From positions 510,001 to 542,000 of the forward strand of contig NC_006908.1 in NCBI RefSeq assembly GCF_000008365.1: DNA of 32,000 bases, in the 5' to 3' direction. Below are positions 19,154-29,404 of this stretch, piece after piece (position 1 is the stretch's first letter; each line of letters starts with the position of its first letter). A program made the position numbers and the translations under genes. The stretch comes from Mycoplasma mobile 163K. GTDB taxonomy: Bacteria; Bacillota_I; Bacilli_A; Mycoplasmatales; Metamycoplasmataceae. The notes beneath the pieces were generated by a model. It made no database searches and was not told the DNA's origin. It saw only the letters and a program-made list of their open reading frames with translations.

Positions 19154-22100
19154 AAGATTTAAAACCTAAAATACGTATATTCGTTTGATATTCTCTGCCA
19201 TTTATTTCCATAGTTTTAATTAAGATTTCTTTACCATTGTTTAATAGGCTTAAGTGAATTTTAAGTGTCTTAATATTTTGATCATTAATACCTAAGTCAA
19301 CTTTTCAAGCATTAATTCATTTTTGAGTATTTTCTCAAGTATGTTTTTCTAATTTTTCATTAATAATAACATTTGTATCATCTGATACATCATACAAAAT
19401 TGTAAAATCATTTGCAATTTTAGTTTTATTTACTAAATAATAACTATAATAAAAGCTCCCTCAATTAGTATTTCTACTTAAATATGTTGTATTTTTAATA
19501 TTTAATTCTTGAGATAATTCAAATTCCTTTTCAGGTAAAAAAACAATATAATTTTCTAAATTACCGTTTTTTAAGGAATTTATTAATACATCTATATAAG
19601 ATATTTGTCCAAAAAACTTTGCATATGCTCCTGATGGTTTTATCCCTTCTGACGAATCGTAGTAATATAAATATCATAAAATTTGATTTTTCTCAAAATT
19701 ACTATTTGAAGTAAATGAAAAAGAGTCACTTCCTACAATATGTTTGTTTACTAAATCAATTAAACCTGGAATTTTCGATAATCTTAACCCATCAATAATT
19801 GTTGCGCTTGCTGATAAGTTAGTAAAATTTCAAAATAGAGAGGCATTTGTAGAATATCTTCCAATTAATAATAAAGTTGTTGAAAACCTATATAAAGCTG
19901 AGTAATAAGGATTTTCTGTAATTGAACTTAGAGTGTTTTGCTTAGAAAAATCAAGATAAGAAGCATATAAACTTTTTGCAACTGAATTAACAATTGTTTT
20001 TAATTGTGATTGTAGATTGAATAAATTAGACAAATCAATTGCTGTTGAAGAACTAAAATTTTCCTTATTTTTTAAAGTCGTATAAAGAGGTGAATCAAGT
20101 CTAGATTTTTCAAATAATAAATTAATGAATTGACCTAAAGTATTTCCTTGGATCGTTCCTTTTTCAATACTTGTGCTTAATTTAAAAATTAAATTAATTC
20201 CATTTGATGCAAAATAACTTGAAACTTCTGATTTCAAAATTGAGATATCTATTTTACCTGCCAAAAAATTGAAAATATTATTTTTAAATAATTGAATTAA
20301 AGGTTCGGTTGCTACAAGAATTTCTTTGTTTTCAAATAAAGCTTTCATTAGTTGCTCAATCATTTGATTTAAAACTATTTCATCATTTTCATTAAGATTT
20401 TCCAGCACTAAAAATTCTTTCAACTTAGAACTCATCAAAAATAAATTAGAAGGTTTAAGAGCAATATCTTTTAAAAATGAAGTTAAAGAAATGAATAAAT
20501 TTTCATCATTTATAAACATATCAATAACATCTTTTAGAGCTTCTTCTAGTTTTGGATTATTTTTAATTAAATTAGTAACATCAAAAAGAAAAGAATTTAA
20601 ATTTGTAGAATCATTAAAAAAGTCTTGAAAACTACTAAAATCATTTCTTAACAAATCAGTAAGATTTTTTTTCAAAAATTTTATCAAAGGATTTTCTAAA
20701 GTAAAAATTTGACTTGAATTAAAAATTGCATCTAAAGATTCTTTTACAAAAATTTTCATTTTTTGATTTTGCACATCTGTTTTTTCATTAACTTTAATTG
20801 AACTAAAAATCAATGAAGTTAGAGAATTAAGAGTATTTTCAGTCACTATATAATTCTTTAAAAGTTTTCTTAAACTTGGATCTTCTATAAATAAATCAAT
20901 TATTTTTTCAAAACTTATATGTAAGTTTGAATTCTTTTCTAAAGCATTAGAAAAATAATTAAGTAAATAAACTAGATTTTCTTTTTGCAAAATAAAATCA
21001 GCAAAATTTTGAAAATCTCCGTTTGTTATATTTATGAAATTATTTTTTAAGTACTTTAAAATTGGATTTTCATTTTCAAAAAAAGAAGACTCTTCACTAA
21101 TTAAAGAATTTAGCATTTCTTTAATGAAATCTTTAAAAATATTTCTTTGTTCTTCGTTTAATTCAAGTTGGATTGAATCTTCTAAAAGTAAATTTAATTC
21201 AATTTCAATCAAACTTGAAAAGTAAATGTTATCAAAAACATTTTTAAAAATGCTTTTTATTGATTTTACTAATTTTGAATCGCTAAAATCAAAAACTTTG
21301 TTTAAAATATCAGAAAAAGAATTTGCCGCAATTAAAATTTTTGGATTTTCAAGCAATTTAGAAAATAAAATTTTAATCAATTCTTGAGAATCTGTATCAA
21401 AAATGACTTTTTCTAAAGGTTCAATAGCCAACCCTGTTAAACTTTTTAAATATCCAGTAATAAGTTCTTTACTAGCTTTTGAGCTATATAATAAGTCAAC
21501 AAAACCAGAAATGATATCGTTCAATAGATTTACTTCTTTTAGTAAATCAGTTTCAGAAATTGTTTTTATTGCAAGTCATAAAATTTCGCTTTTTGTAAAT
21601 GTTTTGATAAAAAAAGAACTTATAACGTCTTCTGTTAAAGGTGTATTGTTCTCATTAGAAAAAACTTGAAAAGAACTCAAAATTTCTACAAATAAATCAG
21701 ATTTAATTAATTTGCTTATAAAATCTTCAAAATTATTTTCATTGAAAATTAAAGAATTTAAATTTTTAAAAACTTCATCTAAAAGTTTTTCGTTGTCTGA
21801 ACCAAATAAATCATTAAGAACGCTTTTATTACTATTAAAAAAACTTTTGAAGAATTCTTTTAACCTAATTGAATTAGAATCTATAGAAATAAATTCACTA
21901 AAAAGTTCTTGTAAAGTTAAAATGCTTTGATTAGAATTTAAAATGTATTGATGATTTTGACTAATTAGTTTATTTTTTTCATCAAAAAGTTTAGTTTCAG
22001 AGTTTTCAAAAATAATTTTTAAAAATTCTTCTATATATTTTGAACTTTGATGTTGTTTATTAGTTTCAGGTTCTAATATTTCAAATTCAAATTCTTGAAA

Positions 22101-23528
22101 ATAAGAATCATAATTTCTTTTAAAAAATGTTTCATCTAACTTACCTAAAATATCTGATTCTGAAGACAATTTTAAAGAATCATAAGAATCAAAATTGTAT
22201 TTAGGTAATGCAAGTTTTAAAACTATTTCTTGAGCTATTTTTTGATAACCAAATGTACTTGAATGAATATCAAAAATATTTGCAGCTACTTTATTAGTAT
22301 TTTCTTTTCAAAATACTTCATCATAAACATCAAGAAAATTAATTCTTTTTTCAGTCTTATTTTGAGTCAGAGAATTAAAATTATTTACTGCTAGTTTTAT
22401 TGAATTATTTAAACTGGATAATAAAAAATCTGAACTAAATTCTTTTAGATTTAATTTTTCAAAAATAGAATCAATAAATGGAAGTAATTTTAATAAAGGG
22501 GCAGGATAAGAAATTACTTCAATGCTTGCATTTTTATTTGTTTTTCTTAATTCAGTAAATATTTTAATTAAATTGGTTTGAATCTCTTTTTGAGTTTTAT
22601 CTAAAAGTTTTTTTAAATCAGAAATGTTTAAATTTTTTGATGAAATTCCCAAAATAATTTTTTGAAGTTCATCAAAAAATGTGCTATCAAAAAAATCATT
22701 AGCACCTAAAGTAAGAGTTATCAAATTTGATTCTTCTAATTTGTTTATTAATTTTTTGTTCATTAATAATGGGTCGTTTTTTCAATTAGGAAAATTCTCG
22801 TTCAATCTATCTAATTGAGGATTGTTATTATTAGTTTTATCTCTTTTTTCATTATAAAAAAAATTTTCTTTTAAATTTTCATTATAAAATTCATCATATC
22901 TATTTGGCGATAATAAATATAATCAATTTTTAATTGTTGAACCTGATAAAGCAAAATTATCAAAAGAAGAAACAAAATCTTCATTGATGGATTGAATATA
23001 TTGAACTAAAAAAGAGCCATAACTTAGTCCTGATATCTCTTTTGTTTCTTGGTTAAACTTACCCGGCAAATCAAATGAATATTGAGCATTATAACCTGCT
23101 GATACACTATCGCCAATTGATAAAATCTTTAATGGACTTTGAGCATTAATCAGTTTTGAAGAATTATTCACATTAATTAATTTAGTTATTTCTTGATTAT
23201 CTATTTTAATTTTCAATTCAATATTAGTATCCAAAGACGAACGTGAAGGATTAGTAATGATTTCAAGTTCAATATCTTTGTCTTTAATAACTTGATTTGT
23301 TGAATTTTTAAAAGTAAAATATGATTTCAAAGTATGTGGAATCTCTTTATTAATATTTATAAAATCATTGTAAGTTAAAGTTTTTCCAATTTCGTTCAAT
23401 TCAATATCAAAAGTTTGATCAGAAGAAGTTTTAACATTTGAAGAACAAGCAATAACTACAGTAGGGATAATTCCTACTAAAGAAATTGCAGAAATGGTAG
23501 TGGATAAAAATTTTTTTTTCTTTTTCAT
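19146..23528 (-). CDS. very large surface lipoprotein with an N-terminal SGNH/GDSL hydrolase (lipase/esterase) domain and a long repeat-containing C-terminal region
   Basis: Track ORFs 22923-23528, 22308-22763, 21576-22169 and 19830-21524 and the tail to TAA at 19146-19148 are all in one frame. I checked the connecting gaps codon by codon and found only TGA between them (1460 aa). The lipobox reads MKKKKKFLSTTISAISLVGIIPTVVIA-C-SSN. The SGNH blocks are ILSIGDSVSAGYN (I), FALSGSTI (II), LTLGANDFF (III) and FDIHSSTFGYQKIAQ (V, DxxH). Confidence 0.85.
20060..21400 (-). repeat. intragenic degenerate tandem repeats (about 93-130 aa period) in the giant lipoprotein
   Basis: There are four recurrences of an ENP/EP-(I/L)(L/I)K-x-(L/F)K(N/K)N motif. 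The copies start at about nt 21350 (ENPKILIAANSF), 21071 (ENPILKYLKNNF..GDFQNFADF), 20696 (ENPLIKFLKKNL..NDFSSFQDF) and 20306 (EPLIQLFKNNIF). The intervening helical-looking sequence is similar between copies. Confidence 0.55.
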
Positions 23529-23639
23529 TTTGTCTGTTTCCTTAAAAATAACAATTTAAGTTATTAACTTAATTCTAACCTTTAAAAAATGATTTTTTTG
23601 TTATATTCACTTTATTTTAGAGAATATATTTTTAAAAAA

Positions 23640-25223
23640 TTAACCTATTGTTACATCTTCGGAAATATATTCATAAGCATAGCTTTTACTCTTTTTATTT
23701 CCTGCAACAAGAATTGTGGAAGAAATACCTAATTGACCAATAAACATTATAAAAATTAATAATATTTTAGAAAAAATATTTAATGAAGAAGTAATTCCTA
23801 AACTAAGACCTGTTGTTCCAAAGGCAGAAGTAACTTCAAAAATAGCATTTATAACATTTCTAGGTCCATTTGTTGTATTTGATAGACCTGTAGAAAATGA
23901 TGTTAAAACTCCAAAAATACCTATTGTACATAAAATTGTAGAAACTGCTAAAACAGTGCTTGCTCCTGATGAAGTTTCAAAAGGAAGTCTTCTTTTGAAA
24001 ACTCTAACTGAGCTTCTACCAGTTGCTCTAGCAATTATTGACAAAATAATTACTGCTAATGTAATTGTTCTAATTCCTCCTGCAGTTGAAGCAGGTGCAG
24101 AACCAATGAACATCATTATTGAAAAAACTAAAATTGAATTAGTTGTTAATTTATTTAAATCAAATGAAGAAAATCCCGCATTTCTAGTGGACATTGTATT
24201 AAAAATTATAGCCATAATTTTATCACCTTGAGAAATAGGTTGTCCATTTATTTCTTGTATTCCTCAAATTGTCTCTGGACTAGATGAAAATATTTCAAAA
24301 ATAAAAACTAAAAGTAGCCCAATGAAAGCAACAATTAAATATGTAGTAACACTTATTTTTGTAAATAAAGAAAATCGATGTCTTTCTTTATTTAGTCTAT
24401 GTTTTGGGACAATTTTATATTTCAATTTTGTGTATACATCAAAAATTACTGGGTAACCCATACCACCTATAATAAATAAAATTAAGAAAATTATTTGTAT
24501 AGTGTAATTTTTAAAATAGGGGGCAATACTATTTGCTCCAATAATATCAAATCCAGCATTATTTATTGCTGAAATTGAATGAAAAAATCCATATCTTATA
24601 GATAGTGAAATATCTCCTAGAGGATCTGCATTAGTATTACCTATAAAATTTCCGGGAACAAAGTAAAAATAAAAAGATAAAACTATTGCTCCTATTATCA
24701 TAATAATTGCAAGAATTCAAATACTTGAAAGAACAATTTTTCTTGTTTCTCCTACAACAGAACTGCCTCTTTCTGCGCTTAAAACATTTCTTTCGACAAG
24801 TTTCATAGAGTAATTTTTACCTTGTAAATTAGTTACGAAAAGATTAATAAAATAAGCTTTTAAAGCAAAAAAACCAAATCCCCCCAACAAAATTACTATA
24901 GCAATAATTGTTTGACCAAAAATATTATATGTTAAAGCTGTTGGTGAAACAGTCAAACCAGTATCACTAAAAGCACTAGCAGAAGTAAAAAGTGCATCAA
25001 TATAACTTACATTAGCACCTTGATTATGAGAAAATTTTCCTCACAAAAGTAAAGAAGTTATTATTGTAATAAGAAAATAAGTTAAGAAAATTCTTTTAGG
25101 AGTAGATAAATTTCTAAAAAAGTGAAAAAAACCATTTGAAATTTTTTTGTTATTTGTTCTATTGAATCTACTAAATCTAAAATTACTTCGTAATTTATTT
25201 TTAAAATAAGCTCTTTGAAACAT
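23640..25223 (-). CDS. ktrB: K+ uptake transporter membrane subunit, KtrB/TrkH family
   Basis: Track ORFs 25041-25223, 24717-24956, 24264-24701 and 23640-24215 share one frame and are joined only by TGA (527 aa). P-loop-like motifs recur four times: SAFSDTGLT, SAINNAGFD, NAGFSSF and SAFGTTGLSLG. The N-terminal 40 aa are unusually basic. Confidence 0.88.
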
Positions 25224-25300
25224 ATTAGAATTATAGAGAATTTTAAAGTTTTTTGGTATTTTTATTTTATTATTGCAAATAGTTTAAAATGATTATGTAT

Positions 25301-26158
25301 ATGAAAAAAGATATTTGTGTAATTGGAACAGGGAGATTTGGCCTTGCAATCATTGATCAATTAAGTAAAATGAAGCAATATTCAATTTTAGCTATTGACA
25401 AAAATGAAGCAACCTTATCTTCTGTTTCTCAAATTGTAACTTCAGTTGCAATTGCAGATGCTGCAGATTTAAGAGCTTTAAGTGGTTTGGGAGTAGCAAA
25501 TTTTGATACAGTCATTGTTGCTCTATCAGATAATATTGAAGTAATTGCAGCTCTTTTAGAATTGAATGTTAAAAATATTATCGCAAGAGCGAATTCAAAA
25601 AGACATGCTCGGGTTTTAAAACAAATTGGAGTAGATGTTATTATTAGACCTGAAGAAGAAGCCGGAATAAGAACTGCTTTAATTGCTACTAATCAAAGTT
25701 TTATTAAGTATAGTGAACATCTTCAAGAAGTTGGAGATGGTTATGTAATTGGTTCAATTATTTTAAGTAATTCTCAAATTTCTGACAAACCTTTAAAAGA
25801 TGTTAATTTTAATAATAAAGGTGTTAGTGTGGTTTTAGTAAAAAGAGGTGTTAGTTCAGTTCTTCCATCAGGAAATCTAACATTAAAATTAGGAGATATT
25901 ATTACTGTAATTGGTTTAGTTCAAAATGTTACTAATGTATTTACTTTGATTTCTACAGATAATGAAAAAACAACTAAAGTAATTTTAAGAAAACGTCGTG
26001 AATTTTCAATTTTTGGTAAAAAAAATAAAGAAAAAACAGAAAATGCTTTTAAAGCACAAGATAATGGACTTATTTCTAAAACTAATAAAACAACAGAATT
26101 AATTTCAACAAAAAATAAAATTGTAGCAAGTAAAATTAAACCAAAAAATACTCAATAA
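25301..26158 (+). CDS. ktrA: K+ uptake regulatory subunit KtrA/TrkA (RCK_N + RCK_C) with a Lys-rich C-terminal tail
   Basis: MKKDICVIGTGRFGLAIIDQL is a Rossmann GxGxxG motif. The sequence continues ..DTVIVALSDNIEVIAALLELNVKNIIARANSKRHARVLKQIGVDVIIRPEEE.. and then an RCK_C-like ..GDIITVIG.. I chose the ATG at 25301 over the track start at 25289 because it gives the canonical MKK..V/IGxGRFG N-terminus. The gene is divergent from ktrB. Confidence 0.9.
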   Translation: MKKDICVIGTGRFGLAIIDQLSKMKQYSILAIDKNEATLSSVSQIVTSVAIADAADLRALSGLGVANFDTVIVALSDNIEVIAALLELNVKNIIARANSKRHARVLKQIGVDVIIRPEEEAGIRTALIATNQSFIKYSEHLQEVGDGYVIGSIILSNSQISDKPLKDVNFNNKGVSVVLVKRGVSSVLPSGNLTLKLGDIITVIGLVQNVTNVFTLISTDNEKTTKVILRKRREFSIFGKKNKEKTENAFKAQDNGLISKTNKTTELISTKNKIVASKIKPKNTQ

Positions 26159-26159
26159 T

Positions 26160-26187
26160 AAAAAACAACCAATTATGGTTGTTTTTT
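26160..26187. terminator. bidirectional terminator between convergent ktrA and rplS
   Basis: AAAAAACAACC AATTAT GGTTGTTTTTT: an 11-bp perfect stem with A and T flanks. Confidence 0.7.
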
Positions 26188-26206
26188 ATTATGATTTCAC
26201 AAAAAC

Positions 26207-26557
26207 TTATTTTTTTAATTCTTTAAGTCTTGCTGATTTACCTTTTAAATCACGCATGTAATATAATTTTGAACGACGAACTTTATTTTTTCTAAGTACT
26301 TCGATTGAAACAATTACAGGAGAATTAAGAGGAAATGTTCTTTCTACACCAACACTATTTGAAATTTTTCTAACTGTGAAAGTTTTGTGTGTACTGTAAT
26401 TTTTAATAGCAATTACTAATCCTTCAAATGCTTGAATTCTTTCTTTTGCTCCTTCTTTAATACGTACAAGAACTTTAATATTGTCACCAGATTTAAACTC
26501 TGGTAAATCATTTCTTAATTGATCATTTTCAACAATGTCAAGTAATTTATTTTGCAT
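26207..26557 (-). CDS. rplS: 50S ribosomal protein L19
   Basis: [73 protein letters not shown] is a typical L19. It is the last gene of the rpsP-trmD-rplS cluster. Confidence 0.95.
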   Translation of the reverse strand: MQNKLLDIVENDQLRNDLPEFKSGDNIKVLVRIKEGAKERIQAFEGLVIAIKNYSTHKTFTVRKISNSVGVERTFPLNSPVIVSIEVLRKNKVRRSKLYYMRDLKGKSARLKELKK

Positions 26558-27217
26558 TATTTTTCCTTTCTATAAGATCTGGTCTATTTTTTAATGTTTT
26601 TTCGTAAGCTTTTTGCTCACGTCATTGTTTTATTTCTTTGTGATTTCCATTTAACAAAACTTCTGGGACATTCATATTTTTGTATGTTGCTGGTCTAGTA
26701 TATTGTGGATAATCTAGTAAATTGTTCTGAAAACTATCATTTTTATAGGATTCTTCTTTAATAACACCTGGAATTAGCCTAATTGTTGAATCTGCAATTA
26801 CCATCGAAGCTAATTCTCCTCCAGTTAAAACATAATCTCCAATTGAATATTCTTCATCAATTAAATTTCTAATTCTTTCATCAAAACCTTCATATCTACC
26901 ACAAATAAATGTTAAATTTTCTTCTTTGGATAATTTTAAAGCATCATCTTGAGTAAATGGTTTGCCTTGAGGTGATAAAAGAATTCTTTTACCTTTGGTA
27001 TTTTCAAGTGCTAAATCAATTGGCTCTATTTTTAAAAGCATTCCTGATCCGCCACCATATATTTCATCATCTACTTTTTTTTGTTTTCCATAAGCAAAAT
27101 TTCTAAAATCAATAATTTCAATATTTATCAATTTTTTATCAATTGCTTTTGCAATAATAGATTCGTTTTTAAATGGAATAAAATAATTTGGAAATATTGT
27201 TAAAAAAAAAGTTTCAT
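26547..27217 (-). CDS. trmD: tRNA (guanine37-N1)-methyltransferase TrmD; the canonical ATG is out of frame with the body across a T9 run (671 nt span)
   Basis: The body reads ..[74 protein letters not shown], a SPOUT/TrmD signature. The frame continues across one TGA to TAA at 26547-26549, overlapping rplS by 11 nt. In the body frame the expected N-terminus (..[23 protein letters not shown]) is open back to the rpsP stop but has no ATG. The ATG at 27217 is offset by one frame (see findings). Confidence 0.85.
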
Positions 27218-27221
27218 TAGA

Positions 27222-27485
27222 TTAATTTTTTTGCCTTTTTTGGTGATATTGTTCCATTATTTTTTCCTTTTTAAATAATGTTTTAGTTGTTTCAGTTGGT
27301 TTTGCTCCAAGATCTAATCATTTAAAAACTAATTCTTTTTCAATTTTTAAATCCTTAGAAAAAGGATTATAATAACCTAATTCTTCAATAAAACGCCCAT
27401 CTCTAGGTGCTCTTGCATCAGCTGCTACGATTCTATAAAAAGCATTAAATTTACTTCCCATTCTTTTAAGTCTTAACTTAACCAT
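27222..27485 (-). CDS. rpsP: 30S ribosomal protein S16
   Basis: Not in the ORF track because an in-frame TGA splits it below the length cutoff. ATG at 27485 follows AAAGGAGGAAAAAA. Translation: [56 protein letters not shown](TGA)[15 protein letters not shown].. The stop is TAA at 27222-27224 (87 aa). Confidence 0.93.
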
Positions 27486-27526
27486 TTTTTTCCTCCTTTA
27501 TAAGTAAATTAAAGTCATTTTATCAC

Positions 27527-27563
27527 AAAAAAATAAAGTTAAGTAGTTTTACTTAACTTTATT
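27527..27563 (-). terminator. rho-independent terminator of the ecf operon
   Basis: 14-bp perfect stem AATAAAGTTAAGTA / TACTTAACTTTATT with a GTTT loop at 27532-27563. On the minus strand it is followed by a T-run (plus-strand A-run 27527-27531). The ecfT stop codon lies inside the stem. Confidence 0.65.
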
Positions 27564-28476
27564 AAATATTTACTCAAGCTTGAATTCATCAAATTGGTAA
27601 AATATTTGGAAAATTTGTATTTATGACAATTAAGGCTATAAATGCAAAATATATAAATATTATAAAAGCATCTTTTCAAGATAAAGAAAGTTTTCTGTAT
27701 CTCATTCTCTTTTTATAAGGATCGTATCCTCGTGATTCCATTGCATTTGCTAAATCATCTGCTTTTGCAAATGCTGAAACAAAAAGCGGAATTATTAAAG
27801 TTATTGTTGATTTTACTTTTGCTTTTAAATTACCATTTTTAAAATCCACACCCCTTGAGGCTTGGGCTTTCATAATTCTACTTGTTTCATCTAAAAGAGT
27901 TGGAATAAAACGCAAAGTTATTGAAATAATCATTGAAATAATTTGGACTGGAAATCTTATTAATTTTAGTGGATATAAAATATTTTCTATGGCTACTGTT
28001 AAAAGTACAGGTTTAGTTGTATAAGTAAGAATGGTTGTGACTAAAATTAAAGCATAAATTCTTACAATAATTGAAATTGTTCTGATAATAGAAACATAAC
28101 TTAAAGTAAAAATTCATCAAGTTCCATAATTAATACTGTAAATATTACTTGCTAATAATCCAATAGGTAAACCAGAATTGTTTGGAGCAGTTGCAAGACC
28201 TCTCAAAGATTCTCCTGTAACAAGTCACATATTAATTAAAAATATAAAAATTCCGACATAAAGGGGTAGTCTAAAAATTCTTATCAATCCTTTTGGATTC
28301 TTTGTTGCTATTAAAAATGCAATAATAACAGGAATTAATAAAAATGCATAAACAATAAAATCATTAGCAATAAAAAATAAAACCAATAACAAAATATTCC
28401 CAATGAATTTAACTCTTGGATCTAATCTATGAAAAAAAGTGTTATCTTCAACATAACGACCAATTGTTACACGCAT
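27562..28476 (-). CDS. ecfT: ECF transporter transmembrane (T) component
   Basis: Track ORFs 28225-28476 and 27676-27933 are in one frame. I checked the gap triplet by triplet and found only TGA codons, including a WW pair. The frame continues to TAA at 27562-27564 (304 aa). N-terminus: MRVTIGRYVEDNTFFHRLDPRVK. The conserved EcfT C-terminal region reads ..ITLRFIPTLLDETSRIMKAQASRGVDF....AMESRGY. Confidence 0.88.
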
Positions 28477-28477
28477 A

Positions 28478-29404
28478 TTAATTATTTTCTTTCGTTTTGT
28501 TTTTCGTTTCTAAATATTGATTAATTTCCCTTGCAAAATCTTCAATAGAACGAACCTTACTAAGGTTAATACCTTTATCTTGTAATAATTTTTTTAAGAC
28601 TAATAATTTAGGGGGTTCCATCTCATTTTCTCTTAAAAAATCAACATCTTCTAAAACATCATAAGTTTTTCCATCTTTTATAACAAACCCATCATTAAAA
28701 AAAATTGTTCTATTTGTTCATTCTAAAGCATGATCCAAATTATGAGTAACAATGATAACAGTTTTTCCTTCACTATTTAGTTTTCCAAAAATTTCTAAAA
28801 TTTCTTTTGATCCTTGAGGATCTAAACCAGCAGTAGGCTCATCAAAAATTAAAAAATCTGGGTCCATTGCTAAAATACCAGCAAGAGCAACTCTTCTTTT
28901 TTGACCTCCAGAAAGCTCAAATGGACTTCTTTGTAAATAATTTTCTGGTAAACCAACAATTGAAATGTATTTTTTAGCTCTTTTATAAGCTTCTTCTTTA
29001 GAAATTCCTAATGAAATAGGGCCAAAAGCAATATCTTTTTCAATTGTAGATTCAAATAATTGATATTCAGCAAATTGAAAAACAATTCCAATTTGTCTTC
29101 TAATTTCTTTTATTTGTTTTATTTTTCTTTTTGTTTTTTGTAAAATTACTTCAGATTCAATAAGAACAGGATTTTTTTTATCTTTTTGATCTTTAAATTT
29201 TCCTTTAATAACAATGCTTCCAATAGAAGGTAAATTCAAAGCATTTAAATGTTCAATAAAAGTAGTTTTTCCGCTCCCTGTTGGACCAATTATTGAGATG
29301 AATTCTCCTTGTTCAAAACTTAAACTTACTCCTTTAAGAGCAGTAAATTCAATTGGAGATTTTGGCTCAAATACTTTTGATATATTCTTAACTTCTATTT
29401 GCAT
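28478..29404 (-). CDS. ecfA2: ECF transporter ATPase component A2
   Basis: Walker A is GPTGSGKTT, the ABC signature is LSGGQKRRVALAGILA, and Walker B is FLIFDEPTAGLD. The frame extends across one TGA to TAA at 28478-28480 (308 aa), 1 nt before the ecfT ATG. Confidence 0.9.

Noticed and set aside
21034-21930. Three plus-strand track ORFs (21034-21225, 21403-21669, 21712-21930) inside the giant lipoprotein gene
   Set aside because: All three are antisense to the continuous 1460-aa reading frame. They are Lys/Ser/Phe/Leu-rich mirror translations of the repeat region, with no start-site signals.
23556-23572. 17-bp palindrome TTAAGTTA-T-TAACTTAA upstream of the giant lipoprotein gene, considered as an operator
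   Set aside because: It is almost AT-only. Palindromes of this size are expected by chance at this base composition. No second copy or partner regulator is seen nearby.
23956-24231. 91-aa plus-strand ORF inside ktrB. Similar antisense ORFs lie at 13206-13394 (tpiA), 15348-15542 (GT2), 16006-16212 (obg), 29214-29438 (ecfA2/ecfA1) and 30394-30579 (hpt).
   Set aside because: Each is fully embedded antisense in a conserved gene whose frame is supported by catalytic motifs. None has an SD or a promoter-like context.
27217-27224. Absence of rimM between rpsP and trmD, considered as a deletion signature
   Set aside because: The rpsP-trmD-rplS order without rimM is already known from reduced Mollicutes genomes such as M. 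genitalium. Only 4 nt separate rpsP and the trmD ATG, so there is no remnant to analyse.
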